This document shows, piece after piece, positions 1-19,157 of a stretch of 64,000 nucleotides of DNA (positions are counted from its first letter, which is position 1; every line of letters begins with the position of its first letter). Origin of the DNA: the human T2T-CHM13v2.0 reference genome, Homo sapiens; the NCBI GenBank assembly GCA_009914755.4, contig CP086569.2, forward strand, positions 1,152,001 through 1,216,000, in the 5' to 3' direction. The notes under the pieces are model-generated. The model saw only the letters and a list, made by a program, of their open reading frames with translations. It did not search any database and was not told where the DNA came from. Position numbers and translations under genes: made by a program.

Positions 1-750
1 TGCTTTTTGGTTTCACGTTTTTGTGGTGTTTTGTGTTTTTGTGTTTTTGTTTTTTGTGTTTGTTTTTGTTTTGTTTTGTGTTTTGTTTTGTGTTTGTTTT
101 TGTTTTGTTTTGTGGTTTTTGTTTTGTGTTGTGTTTGTTTTTGTTTTGTTTTGTGTTTTTTTGTTTGTGTTTTGGTGTTTTTGTTTTGTGGTTTTCTTTT
201 GTGTTTGTTTTTGTTTTGTGTTTTTGTGTTTTTGTTTCATTTTGTTTTGTTTTGTGTTTTTGTGTTTTGTTTTGTTTTGTGTTTGTTTTTGTTTTGTTTT
301 GTGTTTTTGTGTTTTTGTTTTGTGTTTTGTGTTTTTGTGTTTTGTTTGTTTTGTGTTTTTGTGTTTTGTTTTTGTGTTTTGTTTTGTTTTGTGTTTTTGT
401 GTTTTGTTTTGTGTTTGTTTTTGTTTTGTTTTGTGTTTTTGTGTTTTTGTTTTGTGTTTTGTGTTTTGTTTTGTGTTTTTGTGTTTTGTTTTGTGTTTTT
501 GTTTTGTTTTGTGTTTTTGATTTGTGTTTTTGTGTTTTGTTTTGTGTTTGTTTTTGTTTTGTGTTTTGTGTTTTTATGTTTTGTTTTGTGTTTGTTTTCG
601 TTTTGTTTTGTGTTTTTGTTTTGTGTTTTGTGTTTTTGTGGTTTTTTTTTGTTTTGTGTTTTTGTTTTGTGTTTTTGTGTTTTGTGTTTTTGTGTTTTGT
701 TTTGTGTTTGTTTTTGTTTTGTTTTGTGTTTTTGTGTTTTGTTTTGTTTT
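1..750. repeat. GT-rich minisatellite/simple repeat (TTTTG/TGTG-type units), ends ~35 bp before the CSF2RA exon acceptor
   Basis: Uninterrupted gttttgtgtttttgtgttt... pattern. ORFs of only F/C/V/L codons on + and K/T/Q/N on - are repeat artefacts. Confidence 0.9.
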
Positions 751-777
751 CCTGATTGCTCTCTGAGCACTTTCTAA

Positions 778-996
<219 letters not shown>

Positions 997-1031
997 TGAA
1001 ATGGAATTTGCCTTAAAATCTGTGTAACTGA

Positions 1032-1327
1032 GGCCACGTGCGGTGTCTCACACCTGTAATCTCAGCACTTTGGGAGGCCGAGGCGGGCCGATCACCTGAG
1101 ATCGGGTGTTCAAAACCAGCCTGACCAACATGGGGAAACCCCATCTCTACTAAAAATACAAAAATTAGCCGGGCATGGTGGCGCGTGCCTGTAATCCCAG
1201 CTACTCGGAAGGCTGAGGAGAATCACTCAAACCTAGGAGGCGGACGTTGCAATGAGGTGAGATTGTGCCACTGCACTCCAGCTTGAGCGACAGAGCAAGA
1301 CTCTGTCTCAAAAACAAACAAACAAAA
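1032..1327 (+). mobile_element. Alu (full length)
   Basis: GGCCACGTGCGGTGTCTCACACCTGTAATC...GAGCGACAGAGCAAGACTCTGTCTCAAAAACAAACAAACAAAA. Confidence 0.9.
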
Positions 1328-1370
1328 ATCTGTGTAACTTTGGTGCTGTAACAAATTAGAACTGAGCTGA

Positions 1371-1670
<300 letters not shown>

Positions 1671-1905
1671 TCCCTCTTTACCTCCTTCCTTCTTTCCTTC
1701 CTCCCTGCCTTTCTGCCTTTCTTCTTTCTTCCTTCCTTCCTTCCCTCCCTCCCTCCTTTCCTTCCTTCCTTCCTCCTTCCCTCCCTTCTTCCTTCCCTCC
1801 CTCCCTCTCTCCCTCCCTTCTTCATTCCTTCCTTCTTCCTCTCCTTCCTTCTCCTTCACTCATTTCCTCCTTCCTTCCTCTTTTTCTTCATTTCTTCCTC
1901 ACCAG
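1671..1905. repeat. polypyrimidine (CCTTCC/CTTCCT)n tract on +, potential H-DNA
   Basis: cctccttccttctttccttcctccctgcc... pure C/T for ~230 bp. Confidence 0.9.
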
Positions 1906-2149
1906 CACCTCTTCGTGTCCCAGTGCCCTGCTCCTGGCTGGCCTCTTGGAGCCAGTCCCATATGCCCACACGCTCTCCTCTTCCCAAGCCCACCGCATCC
2001 CACCCGTGGACTCCTTCATCCCGTTGGACGTTCCCAGCCTCTTCAGGCTTAGGACTCTCACAGAAGTGTGACTCCTGCCCACCAAGCCCATCCCCACCTC
2101 CCACCCTGGAACCCCTGCCCCAGTGGGTATCTCTCCTGTACATGGTAGC

Positions 2150-2732
2150 TGCCCCACCTCCACTTGGACCCAGTGTAGACAGGAGGAGACCCTGCCCCAT
2201 CTCCACCTGGACCCAGTGTAGTCAAAGAGGTGTCCCTACTCCACGTCCACCTGGACCCAGTGTAGACAGGAGGAGACTGCACCACCTCCACCTGGACCCA
2301 GTGTAGTCAAAGAGATGTCCCTACTCCACGTCCACCTGGACCCAGTGTAGACAGGAGGAGACCCTGTACCACCTCCACTTTACCCAGTGTAGACAGAAGG
2401 AGACCCTGCACCACCTCCACCTGGACCCAGTGTAGACAAAGAGGTGTCCCTACTCCACATTTACCTGGACACAGTGTAGACAGGAGGAGACTGCACCACC
2501 TCCACTTGGACCCAGTGTAGACAGGAGACCCTGCACCACCTCCACCTGGACCCAGTGTAGACAAAGAGGTGTCCCTACTCCACGTCCACCTGGACCCAGT
2601 GTAGACAGGAGGAGACTGCACCACCTCCACCTGGACCCAGTGTAGACAAAGAGGTGTCCCTACTCCACATTTACGTGGACACAGTGTAGACAGGAGGAGA
2701 CCCTGCCCCACCTCTACCTGGACCCAGTGTGA
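2150..2732. repeat. Minisatellite family A block 1 (~44-48 bp units, ...CCACCTGGACCCAGTGTAGACAGGAGGAGACCCTGCCCCACCT...)
   Basis: Alternating units CAGTGTAGACAGGAGGAGAC(C/T)CTGC.CCACCTCCACCTGGACC and CAGTGTAGACAAAGAGGTGTCCCTACTCCACGTCCACCTGGACC. Confidence 0.9.
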
Positions 2733-3498
2733 AGGCGACCAGCCCTTCCACACATGTGGGTATTTCTCGTCAGGTGGGATGAGAGACTGAGAAAAGAAAT
2801 AAGACACAGAGACAAAGTATAGAGAAAGAACAGTGAGCCCAGGGGACCGGCGCTCAGCATACGGAGGACCTGCACCGGTCTCTGAGTTCTCTCAGTATTT
2901 ATTGCTTACTATTTTCACTATCTTGGCAAGGGGAATGTGGCAGGAGGACAGGGTGATAGTGGGGAGAAGGTCAGCAGGAAGACATATGAGCAAAGGAATC
3001 TGTGTCACAAATAAGTTCAAGGGAAGCTACTATGCCTGGATGCACACGCAGGCCAGATTTATGCTTCTCTCCACACAAACATCAGTGTAGCAAAGAGTCA
3101 CAGAGCAGTATTGCCACCAGCATATCTCGCCTCCAGCCACAGGGCGGTTTTCTCCTGTCTCAGAATAGAACGAATGTACGATCGGGTTTTACACGGAGAC
3201 ATTCCATTCCCAGGGGCAGGCAGGAGACGGAGGGCTTCCTCTTATCTCAACCGCGAGAGGACTTCCTCCTCGGCACAGACCCTTTATGGATGTCGGGCTG
3301 GGGGACGGTCAGGTCTTTTTCCCTTCCCACGAGGCCATATCTCAGACTGTCTCAGTGGGGGGAACCCTCAGACAATACCCGGGCTCTCTCGGGCAGAGGT
3401 CCCTGCGGCTTTCCGCAGTGCATGGTGTCCCTGGTTAATAGAGAATGGAGAATGGCGATGACTTTTACCAAGCATGCTGCCTGCAAACCTATTGTTAA

Positions 3499-3960
<462 letters not shown>

Positions 3961-4056
3961 CCCTGATCTCTCTTTCTTTTCCCTACACAGAGTAGACAAA
4001 GAGGTGTCCCTACTCCACATTTACCTGGACCCAGTGTAGACAGGAGGAGACCCTGC

Positions 4057-4131
4057 CCCACCTCCACCTGGACCCAGCGTAGACAAAGAGGTGTTTCTAC
4101 TCCATATCTACCTGGACCCAGTGTAGATGGG
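4057..4131 (+). ncRNA. MIR3690: miR-3690-like hairpin copy 1 inside the minisatellite HOR (candidate mature arm ACCTGGACCCAGCGTAGACAAAG at 4066-4088)
   Basis: ...CACCTCCACCTGGACCCAGCGTAGACAAAGAGGTGTTTCTACTCCATATCTACCTGGACCCAGTGTAGATGGGAGG. The 5' CCCA.CTCC can pair with 3' GTAGATGGG. The assignment rests on my recollection of the miRBase entry. The 5' flank differs by 1 nt (CAC vs CAT) from copies 2 and 3. Confidence 0.4.
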
Positions 4132-4359
4132 AGGAGACCCTGCCCCATCTCCACCTGGACCCAGTGTAGACAAAGAGGTGTCCCTAGTCCACATCCACCT
4201 GGACCGAGTGTAGACAGGAGGAGACCCTGCCCCACCTCCACCTGGACCCAGTGTAGACAGGAGAAGACTCTGCACCACCTCCACCTGGACCCAGTGTAGA
4301 CAGGAGGAGACCCTGCCCCACCTCCACCTGGACCCAGTGTAGACAGGAGAAGACTCTGC

Positions 4360-4434
4360 CCCATCTCCACCTGGACCCAGCGTAGACAAAGAGGTGTTTC
4401 TACTCCATATCTACCTGGACCCAGTGTAGATGGG
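4360..4434 (+). ncRNA. MIR3690: miR-3690-like hairpin copy 2 (candidate mature arm at 4369-4391)
   Basis: CCCATCTCCACCTGGACCCAGCGTAGACAAAGAGGTGTTTCTACTCCATATCTACCTGGACCCAGTGTAGATGGG. Matches my recollection of the hsa-mir-3690 precursor and of mature miR-3690 ACCUGGACCCAGCGUAGACAAAG. Confidence 0.5.
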
Positions 4435-4662
4435 AGGAGACCCTGCCCCATCTCCACCTGGACCCAGTGTAGACAAAGAGGTGTCCCTAGTCCACATCCA
4501 CCTGGACCGAGTGTAGACAGGAGGAGACCCTGCCCCACCTCCACCTGGACCCAGTGTAGACAGGAGAAGACTCTGCACCACCTCCACCTAGACCCAGTGT
4601 AGACAGGAGGAGACCCTGCCCCACCTCCACCTGGACCCAGTGTAGACAGGAGAAGACTCTGC

Positions 4663-4737
4663 CCCATCTCCACCTGGACCCAGCGTAGACAAAGAGGTGT
4701 TTCTACTCCATATCTACCTGGACCCAGTGTAGATGGG
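4663..4737 (+). ncRNA. MIR3690: miR-3690-like hairpin copy 3 (candidate mature arm at 4672-4694)
   Basis: Identical to copy 2 and lies one HOR period (303 bp) downstream. Confidence 0.5.
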
Positions 4738-5028
4738 AGGAGACCCTGCCCCACCTCCACCTGGACCCAGTGTAGACAGGAGAAGACTCTGCACCACCTC
4801 CACCTGGACCGAGTGTAGACAGGAGGAGACACTGCCCCACCTCTACCTGGACCCAGTGTAGACAGGAGGAGACCCTGCCCCATCTCCACCTGGACCCAGT
4901 GTAGTCAAAGAGGTGTCCCTACTCCACCTCCACCTGGACCCAGTGTAGACAGGACCTACTCCACCTCCACCTGGACCCAGTGTAGACAGGAGGAGACTCT
5001 GCACCACCTCCACCTGGACCCAGTGTAG

Positions 5029-5319
<291 letters not shown>

Positions 5320-5489
5320 TGAGCGGTGACTCTGGGGTGAACGCACTTCGGGTAGCGGAGGAAGAGGTGAAGGGTCTGTGGCCTGTGGAGCCACCTTGAA
5401 AGAGGTTGCAGGGAGGGTGGACAAGGATGATCCTGCAACCATGGAACCAGGAAGTGGACCGGGAGGTGTGGGGGACGATGCCACAAGCA

Positions 5490-5930
5490 AGGAGAGCCTC
5501 TGCTCCACCTCCAGCTGGACGCAGTGTAGACAGAAGGAGACCCTGCCCCATGTCTACCTGGACCCAGTGTAGATAGGAGGACACCCGACCCCACCTCCAC
5601 CTACACCCAGTGTAGACAGGAGGAGACCCTGCTCCACCTCCATGGAGACCCAGTGTAGACAGGAGGAGCTCTTGTCCCACAACTACCTGGACCCAGTGTA
5701 GACAGGGAGAGAGACTGCCTCACGTCCACCTCGATCCAGTGTAGACAAGAGGAGATCTTGTCTCACAACCTCCTGGACCCAGTGTAGACAAGAAGAGACC
5801 CTGCCCCATGTCCACCTCGAGCCAGTGTAGACAAGAGGAGATCTTGTCCCACAACCACCTGGACCCAGTGTAGACAAGAAGGAGAGCCTGCTCCATGTCT
5901 ACCTGGACGACAGGAGAACACCCTGCCCCA
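5490..5930. repeat. Minisatellite family A block 3 (more diverged units)
   Basis: Repeated ...CCACCTCCA(G/C)CTGGAC(G/C)CAGTGTAGACAG(A/G)AGGAGACCCTGCCCCA... units. Several short ORFs on both strands are artefacts. Confidence 0.85.
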
Positions 5931-6173
5931 AGGCCAGTGGGACCTTTCTGGATGGGTTACAGGAAGATATCTGGCCAGGAAGACTTCTGTGTTTGCAGCT
6001 CCTCATCCTACCTGTCTTGTAGATTCGGGGTTTGTGGAGGGAGACCTGCCTGCCACTCCGCAGGGACTCCTTCCCATTCGGTGCCCACACCAGGGGAGAC
6101 ACTGTGTGAACCATCTACAGTGTTTTAGAAATGGAAACAGTGAGCCTTGTGTTGTGTTTTGTTTTGTTTCTAG

Positions 6174-6203
6174 AATACCCAGCCTGGCACGGAAAACCTA
6201 CTG
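6174..6203 (+). CDS. CSF2RA: CSF2RA 30-nt micro-exon encoding [10 protein letters not shown]
   Basis: Acceptor ttgttttgtttctag|AATACC and donor CTACTG|gtaagtg. Phase is consistent with the flanking exons. Matches recalled CSF2RA ...[21 protein letters not shown]... Confidence 0.9.
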
Positions 6204-6224
6204 GTAAGTGAAACCACAGACCCT

Positions 6225-7364
6225 ACTGACAACCCTCAGCGTAACCCTACGGTCCCCTACTCACCACACCTAATGTAACTCTACAGTCCCCTACTCATGA
6301 CCCCTACAGTCCCCTACCGACGACCTCCAGCGTAACCCTACAGTCCCCTACTCACCACACCTAGTGTAACTCTACAGTCCCCTACTCACGACCCCTACAG
6401 TCCCCTACTGACGACCTCCAGCGTAACCCTACGGTCCCCTACTCACCACACCTAGTGTAAGGAGGAGGAGACCCTGCCCCACCTCCACAGAGACCCAGTA
6501 TAGACAGGAGGAGCTCTTGTCCCACAACCACCTGGACCCCGTGTAGACAGGAAGAGAACCTGCCCCACGTCCACCTAGTTTAACCCTACAGTCCCCTACT
6601 CACCACACCTAATGTAACTCTACAGTCCCCTACTCATGACCCCTACAGTCCCCTACCGACAACCTCCAGCGTAACCCTACAGTCCCCTACTCACCACACC
6701 TAGTGTAACTCTACAGTCCCCTACTCACGACCCCTACAGTCCCCTACTGACGACCTCCAGCGTAACCCTACGGTCCCCTACTCACCACACCTAGTGTAAG
6801 GAGGAGGAGACCCTGCCCCACCTCCACAGAGACCCAGTATAGACAGGAGGAGCTCTTGTCCCACAACCACCTGGACCCCGTGTAGACAGGAAGAGACCCT
6901 GCCCCACGTCCACCTAGTTTAATCCTACAGTCCCCTACTCACCACACCTAATGTAACTCTACAGTCCCCTACTCATGACCCCTACAGTCCCCTACCGACG
7001 ACCTCCAGCGTAACCCTACAGTCCCCTACTCACCACACCTAGTGTAACTCTACAGTCCCCTACTCACGACCCCCGGAGTAATCCTACAGTCTCCTACTCA
7101 CGACGCCTACAGTTCCCTATTCATGACCACTAGCGTAACCATACAGTCCCCTACCCATGAGCCCTGGCATAACCCTACAATCCCCTACTCACCACACCTA
7201 GCATAAACCTACAGTCCCCTACCCATGACCCCTGGAGTAACCCTACAGTCCCCTAGTCACTACACCTAGTGTAACTAACCATACAGTTCCCTATCCATGA
7301 CCTCTGGCGGAACCCTACACTCCCCTACTCACAACCCCTAGTGTAACCCTACAGTCTCCTACCC
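6225..7364. repeat. Composite higher-order repeat (~335-340 bp period) interleaving family-B units (CTACAGTCCCCTACTCA...) with family-A units (GTAGACAGGAGGAG...)
   Basis: The block ...ctacagtcccctactcatgacccctacagtcccctaccgacgacctccagcgtaaccc... recurs at ~6283, ~6628 and ~6963. Each copy ends with two family-A units. Confidence 0.85.
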
Positions 7365-10300
7365 ATGACCCCTGGCGGAACTGTACAGTCCCCTACTCAC
7401 GACCCCTACACTCTCCTACCCATGACCCCTGGCGGAACCCTACAGTCCCCTACTCACGACCCGTACAGTCTCCTACCCATGACCCCTGGCAGAACCCTAC
7501 AGTCCCCTACTCACGACCCCTACACTCTCCTACCCATGACCCCTGGCGGAACCCTACAGTCCCCTACTCACGACCCCTACAGTCTCCTACCCATGACCCC
7601 TGGAGGAACCCTACAGTCCCCTACTCACGACCCCTACACTCTCCTACCCAAGACCCCTGGCGGAACCCTACAGTCCCCTACTCACGACCCGTACAGTCTC
7701 CTACCCATGACCCCTGGCGGAACCCTACAGTCCCCTACTCACGACCCCTACACTCTCCTACCCATGACCCCTGGCGGAACCGTACAGTCCCCTACTCACG
7801 ACCCCTACAGTCTCCTACCCATGACCCCTGGCGGAACCGTACAGTCCCCTACTCACGACCCCTACACTCTCCTACCCATGACCCCTGGCGGAACCGTACA
7901 GTCCCCTACTCACGACCCCTACAGTCTCCTACCCATGACCCCTGGCGGAACCGTACAGTCCCCTACTCACGACCCCTACAGTCTCCTACCCATGACCCCT
8001 GGCAGAACCCTACAGTCCCCTACTCACGACCCCTACACTCTCCTACCCATGACCCCTGGCGGAACCGTACAGTCCCCTACTCACGACCCCTACAGTCTCC
8101 TACCCATGACCCCTGGCGGAACCGTACAGTCCCCTACTCACGACCCCTACAGTCTCCTACCCATGACCCCTGGCGGAACCCTACAGTCCCCTACTCACGA
8201 CCCCTACAGTCTCCTACCCATGACCCCTGGCGGAACCCTACAGTCCCCTACTCACGACCCCTACAGTCTCCTACCCATGACCCCTGGCGGAACTGTACAG
8301 TCCCCTACTCACGACCCCTACAGTCTCCTACCCATGACCCCTGGCGGAACCCTACAGTCCCCTACTCACGACCCGTACAGTCTCCTACCCATGACCCCTG
8401 GCGGAACCCTACAGTCCCCTACTCACGACCCCTACAGTCTCCTACCCATGACCCCTGGCAGAACCCTACAGTCCCCTACTCACGACCCCTACAGTCTCCT
8501 ACCCATGACCCCTGGCAGAACCCTACAGTCCCCTACTCACGACCCCTACAGTCTCCTACCCATGACCCCTGGCGGAACCCTACAGTCCCCTACTCACGAC
8601 CCCTACAGTCTCCTACCCATGACCCGTGGCGGAACCCTACAGTCCCCTACTCACGACCCCTACAGTCTCCTACCCATGACCCCTGGTGGAACCGTACAGT
8701 CCCCTACTCACGACCCCTACAGTCTCCTACCCATGACCCCTGGCGGAACCGTACAGTCCCCTACTCACGACCCCTACAGTCTCCTACCCATGACCCCTGG
8801 CGGAACCCTACAGTCCCCTACTCACGACCCCTACACTCTCCTACCCATGACCCCTGGCAGAACCCTACAGTCCCCTACTCACGACCCCTACAGTCTCCTA
8901 CCCATGACCCCTGGTGGAACCGTACAGTCCCCTACTCACGACCCCTACAGTCTCCTACCCATGACCCCTGGCGGAACCGTACAGTCCCCTACTCACGACC
9001 CCTACAGTCTCCTACCCATGACCCCTGGCGGAACCCTACAGTCCCCTACTCACGACCCCTACACTCTCCTACCCATGACCCCTGGCAGAACCCTACAGTC
9101 CCCTACTCACGACCCCTACAGTCTCCTACCCATGACCCCTGGCGGAACCCTACAGTCCCCTACTCACGACCCCTACAGTCCCCTACCCATGACCCCTGGA
9201 GTAACCCTACAGTCCCCTACTCACGACCCCTACAGTCTCCTACCCATGACCCCTGGTGGAACCCTACAGTCCCCTACTCACGACCCCTACACTCTCCTAC
9301 CCATGACCCCTGGCGGAACCCTACAGTCCCCTACTCACGACCCCTACACTCTCCTACCCATGACCCCTGGCGGAACCCTACAGTCCCCTATTCACGACCC
9401 CTACAGTCTCCTACCCATGACCCGTGGCGGAACTGTACAGTCCCCTACTCACGACCCCTACAGTCTCCTACCCATGACCCCTGGCGGAACCCTACAGTCC
9501 CCTACTCACGACCCCTACAGTCTCCTACCCATGACCCCTGGCAGAACCGTACAGTCCCCTACTCACGACCCCTACACTCTCCTACCCATGACCCCTGGCG
9601 GAACCGTACAGTCCCCTACTCACGACCCCTACACTCTCCTACCCATGACCCGTGGCGGAACCCTACAGTCCCCTACTCACGACCCCTACAGTCTCCTACC
9701 CATGACCCCTGGCAGAACCCTACAGTCCCCTACTCACGACCCCTACAGTCCCCTACCCATGACCCCTGGAGTAACCCTACAGTCCCCTACTCACGACCCC
9801 TACAGTCTCCTACCCATGACCCCTGGCAGAACCCTACAGTCCCCTACTCACGACCCCTACAGTCTCCTACCCATGACCCCTGGCAGAACCGTACAGTCCC
9901 CTACTCACGACCCCTACAGTCTCCTACCCATGACCCCTGGTGGAACCCTACAGTCCCCTACTCACGACCCCTACAGTCTCCTACCCATGACCCCTGGCGG
10001 AACCCTACAGTCCCCTACTCACGACCCCTACAGTCTCCTACCCATGACCCCTGGCGGAACCATACAGTCCCCTACTCACGACCCCTACACTCTCCTACCC
10101 ATGACCCCTGGCAGAACCCTACAGTCCCCTACTCACGACCCCTACACTCTCCTACCCATGACCCGTGGCGGAACTGTACAGTCCCCTACTCACGACCCCT
10201 ACAGTCTCCTACCCATGACCCCTGGCAGAACCCTACAGTCCCGTACTCACGACCCCTACAGTCCCCTTCCCATGACCCCTGGCGGAACCCTACAGTCCCC

Positions 10301-10540
10301 TACTCACGACGCCTACACTCTCCTACCCATGACCCCTGGCGGAACCCTACAGTCCCCTACTCACGACCCCTACAGTCTCCTACCCATGACCCCTACAGTC
10401 CCCTACTCACAACCCCTACAGTCTCCTACCCATGACCCCTGGCGGAACCCTACAGTCCCCTACTCACGACCCCTACAGTCTCCTACTCATGACCCCTGGA
10501 GTAACCCTACAGTCCCCTATTCAGGAGCCGTAGTGTGACC
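7365..10540. repeat. 57-bp VNTR, ~55 highly homogeneous copies (unit ACCCCTGGCGGAACCCTACAGTCCCCTACTCACGACCCCTACAGTCTCCTACCCATG)
   Basis: The 19-aa periodic translation MTPGGT(L/V)QSPTHDPY(S/T)LLP repeats through the whole 1057-aa ORF. The unit length is a multiple of 3 and has no stop codon in that frame. Variants are single-base G/C, C/G and A/G changes. Confidence 0.95.
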
Positions 10541-10880
10541 CTACAATCCCCTACTCACAACCCCCGGTGGAACCCTACAGTCCCCTACCCATGACCTCTG
10601 GTGGAACCCTACAGTCCCCTACTCACGACCCCTAGTGTAACCCCACGTGTAACCCTATAGTCCCCTACCCACGACCTATGTCTGCCTAGACCCAGTGTGA
10701 TCAGGAGGAGACCCCACCTCACCTCCCCCTAGACCCAGTGTAGACAAGAAGGAGAGCCTGCCCCACGTCTACCTGGATCCAGTGTAGACAGGAGAATACT
10801 CTGCCCGACATACAGTTGAACCACTCACAACCCTAGCGTCACCCTACAGTCTCCACGAACCCTACAGTCTTGGTTTATGG
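10541..10880. repeat. Degenerate tail of the family B and family A minisatellites
   Basis: Diverged CCCTACAGTCCCCTAC units followed by CCAGTGTAGACAAGAAGGAGAGCCTGCCCCACGTCTACCTGGA. Confidence 0.8.
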
Positions 10881-11322
10881 GACTCTTAGTGCCAGTGTGG
10901 CCCAGGGGTGGACACGGTGGATCCTGAACCGGAGGATGCAGATCTCACACGGGTGAGGGCCCCCTCATAGTTCTCACTGTGCAGGGTCTGCTCTTGGCCT
11001 CAACCTTCGTGTCCCAATGGTTGGAATATTTATGCTCAGCCTGTTCTACTGATTTTCCCATTTTATTCCTCTTTCCTCTACGTGGGTTAAGAATATATTC
11101 TAGTGACTGTCTAAGGAGATTATGTCTCCCTCTAAAATGCTTTTAGAGTGAGTACTGTTGCCGGGTATTTACCAAGTCTCGCGGCCACTCTGACCCTCGG
11201 TATCCTCCTCTGTCCGATGAGTATGCTAGACTTGGGGATCTTAATATCCCTTGCTAAACTATCCGTCTGAAGGTCTGTTAATATCAGTTGTTGATCCTGA
11301 ATCATTTATTTATGTATGTATT

Positions 11323-12743
<1,421 letters not shown>

Positions 12744-12759
12744 TAATAACCAGAGAAGG

Positions 12760-13250
<491 letters not shown>

Positions 13251-13341
13251 AGAAGGAGGTGGTCTCATACTCATACGGGGTCATGCAACATTGCTTTGCT
13301 GGTGTTTTTTTCAGGGTGGATGAGCTAGAATCCCTTAATAG

Positions 13342-14103
<762 letters not shown>

Positions 14104-14216
14104 GGGGAAGCTCTCTTCAAAGCCAGGTCTCGGCTGCCCAGGAGACAGGTCTATGCTTTTCTCTGAAGATGATTTTGAGGGCTCCAAATTGAAAAGGGGA
14201 ACGGGCAGGATATTGA

Positions 14217-15908
<1,692 letters not shown>

Positions 15909-16014
15909 TAACCTGTGAAACACCTGGGCCTCCCCAATGAAAACAGGCCAGGCCGGGAGGAAAGCGCTTTGTCCAGTCTCTGTCTCTGTCTCTGAGAAAG
16001 AGAAACACAGCCTT

Positions 16015-16371
<357 letters not shown>

Positions 16372-16532
16372 TCAGCCCCTCGGGCACAGGGATGGGAATG
16401 GAACAGGCAGTCAGCTGTGGGCAGCTTCAGGGAGTCTGAAGTCACTGCTGTTGAAGGGCTGAGCTCCAGAGGGGAAACGCCTGCCTTGATCCCACTAGCC
16501 TTGAAGAGCGTGGTTTCTGGGTTGGAGGTGGG

Positions 16533-17215
<683 letters not shown>

Positions 17216-17292
17216 GTTTTGCATAGTTGAGCGCAGACACCCCGCACGCAGCATCCCTCGGCACAGGGCGTTGATGGAAGGAACTCTGGTGA

Positions 17293-17640
<348 letters not shown>

Positions 17641-17686
17641 TGAGGCAGGGTGGTGGTCAAGAAAAGGAGGAGAAGACGGTAGAGAG

Positions 17687-18565
<879 letters not shown>

Positions 18566-18574
18566 AGCAGGGAG

Positions 18575-18900
18575 AGGAGAGAGACAGAGAGGAACAGAGG
18601 CACAGAGAGGGGAGAGAGACAAAGACAGAGAGACACAGAGAAAGACACAGAAAAAGAGAGAGAGAGGGAGAAGGAGACATAGAGACAGGGACAAAGAGAA
18701 AAAGACGGACAGAGAGAGAAACAGAGAGACATAGGTGGACACAGAGAGGGGAGAGAGAGAGAGAGACAGAAAGAGACAGAGAGCAAGGGATGGGAGTGGA
18801 AGAGAGAGACAGATGGAGGAAAAAGACAGAGAGGGAGGCAGAGAAAAGACACACAGAGACACCGAGAGAGACAGGGAAGACAGAGGAGTCGGACTTAGTC
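18575..18900. repeat. GA-rich polypurine tract, second part. Together with 18900-19020 it is duplicated at 20500-20800
   Basis: ggagaggagagagacagagaggaacagaggcacagagaggggagagagac... The following segment CCCAGAGAGGGTGA.CAAGGG.GAGG...CTCTCCCACCCACCTCTCTCC.GCTCAGGG.CTG.GTCTT appears at ~18907-19020 and again at ~20690-20800. Confidence 0.8.
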
Positions 18901-19157
18901 TCAGCGAGAGCCCAGAGAGGGTGAACAAGGGCGAGGAACCATGTGACCTGCACCCTGAGACCCCATTGGCGCTCCTCTCCCACCCACCTCTCTCCGGCTC
19001 AGGGACTGCGTCTTATGTTGCAGTAGGCTGGCAGGCTGGAAAGTCAGGCCAGGGCTGATGCTGCATCCCAGAGGCAGAACTGTCCTGCATTCTCAGAGTG
19101 GGAGATGAAATTTTTAAAAAGGAAATAAAACTCTTGTCGGGGAACCTCAGCTTTTAT

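Noticed and set aside
1-777. 256-aa and 244-aa Phe/Cys/Val/Leu ORFs (+) and 177-aa Lys/Thr/Gln/Asn ORFs (-)
   Set aside because: Translation of the (TTTTG/TGTG)n simple repeat immediately upstream of a genuine CSF2RA exon. No coding signal.
7365-10538. 1057-aa ORF (MTPGGTVQSPTHDPYTLLP)n, the longest ORF in the window, which superficially resembles a mucin-like or PT-repeat protein
   Set aside because: It is the frame-preserving read-through of a 57-bp VNTR (19 codons with no stop). It lies inside an intron between two phase-consistent CSF2RA exons. It has no promoter or splice context. The minus strand and other frames show the same periodic pseudo-ORFs.
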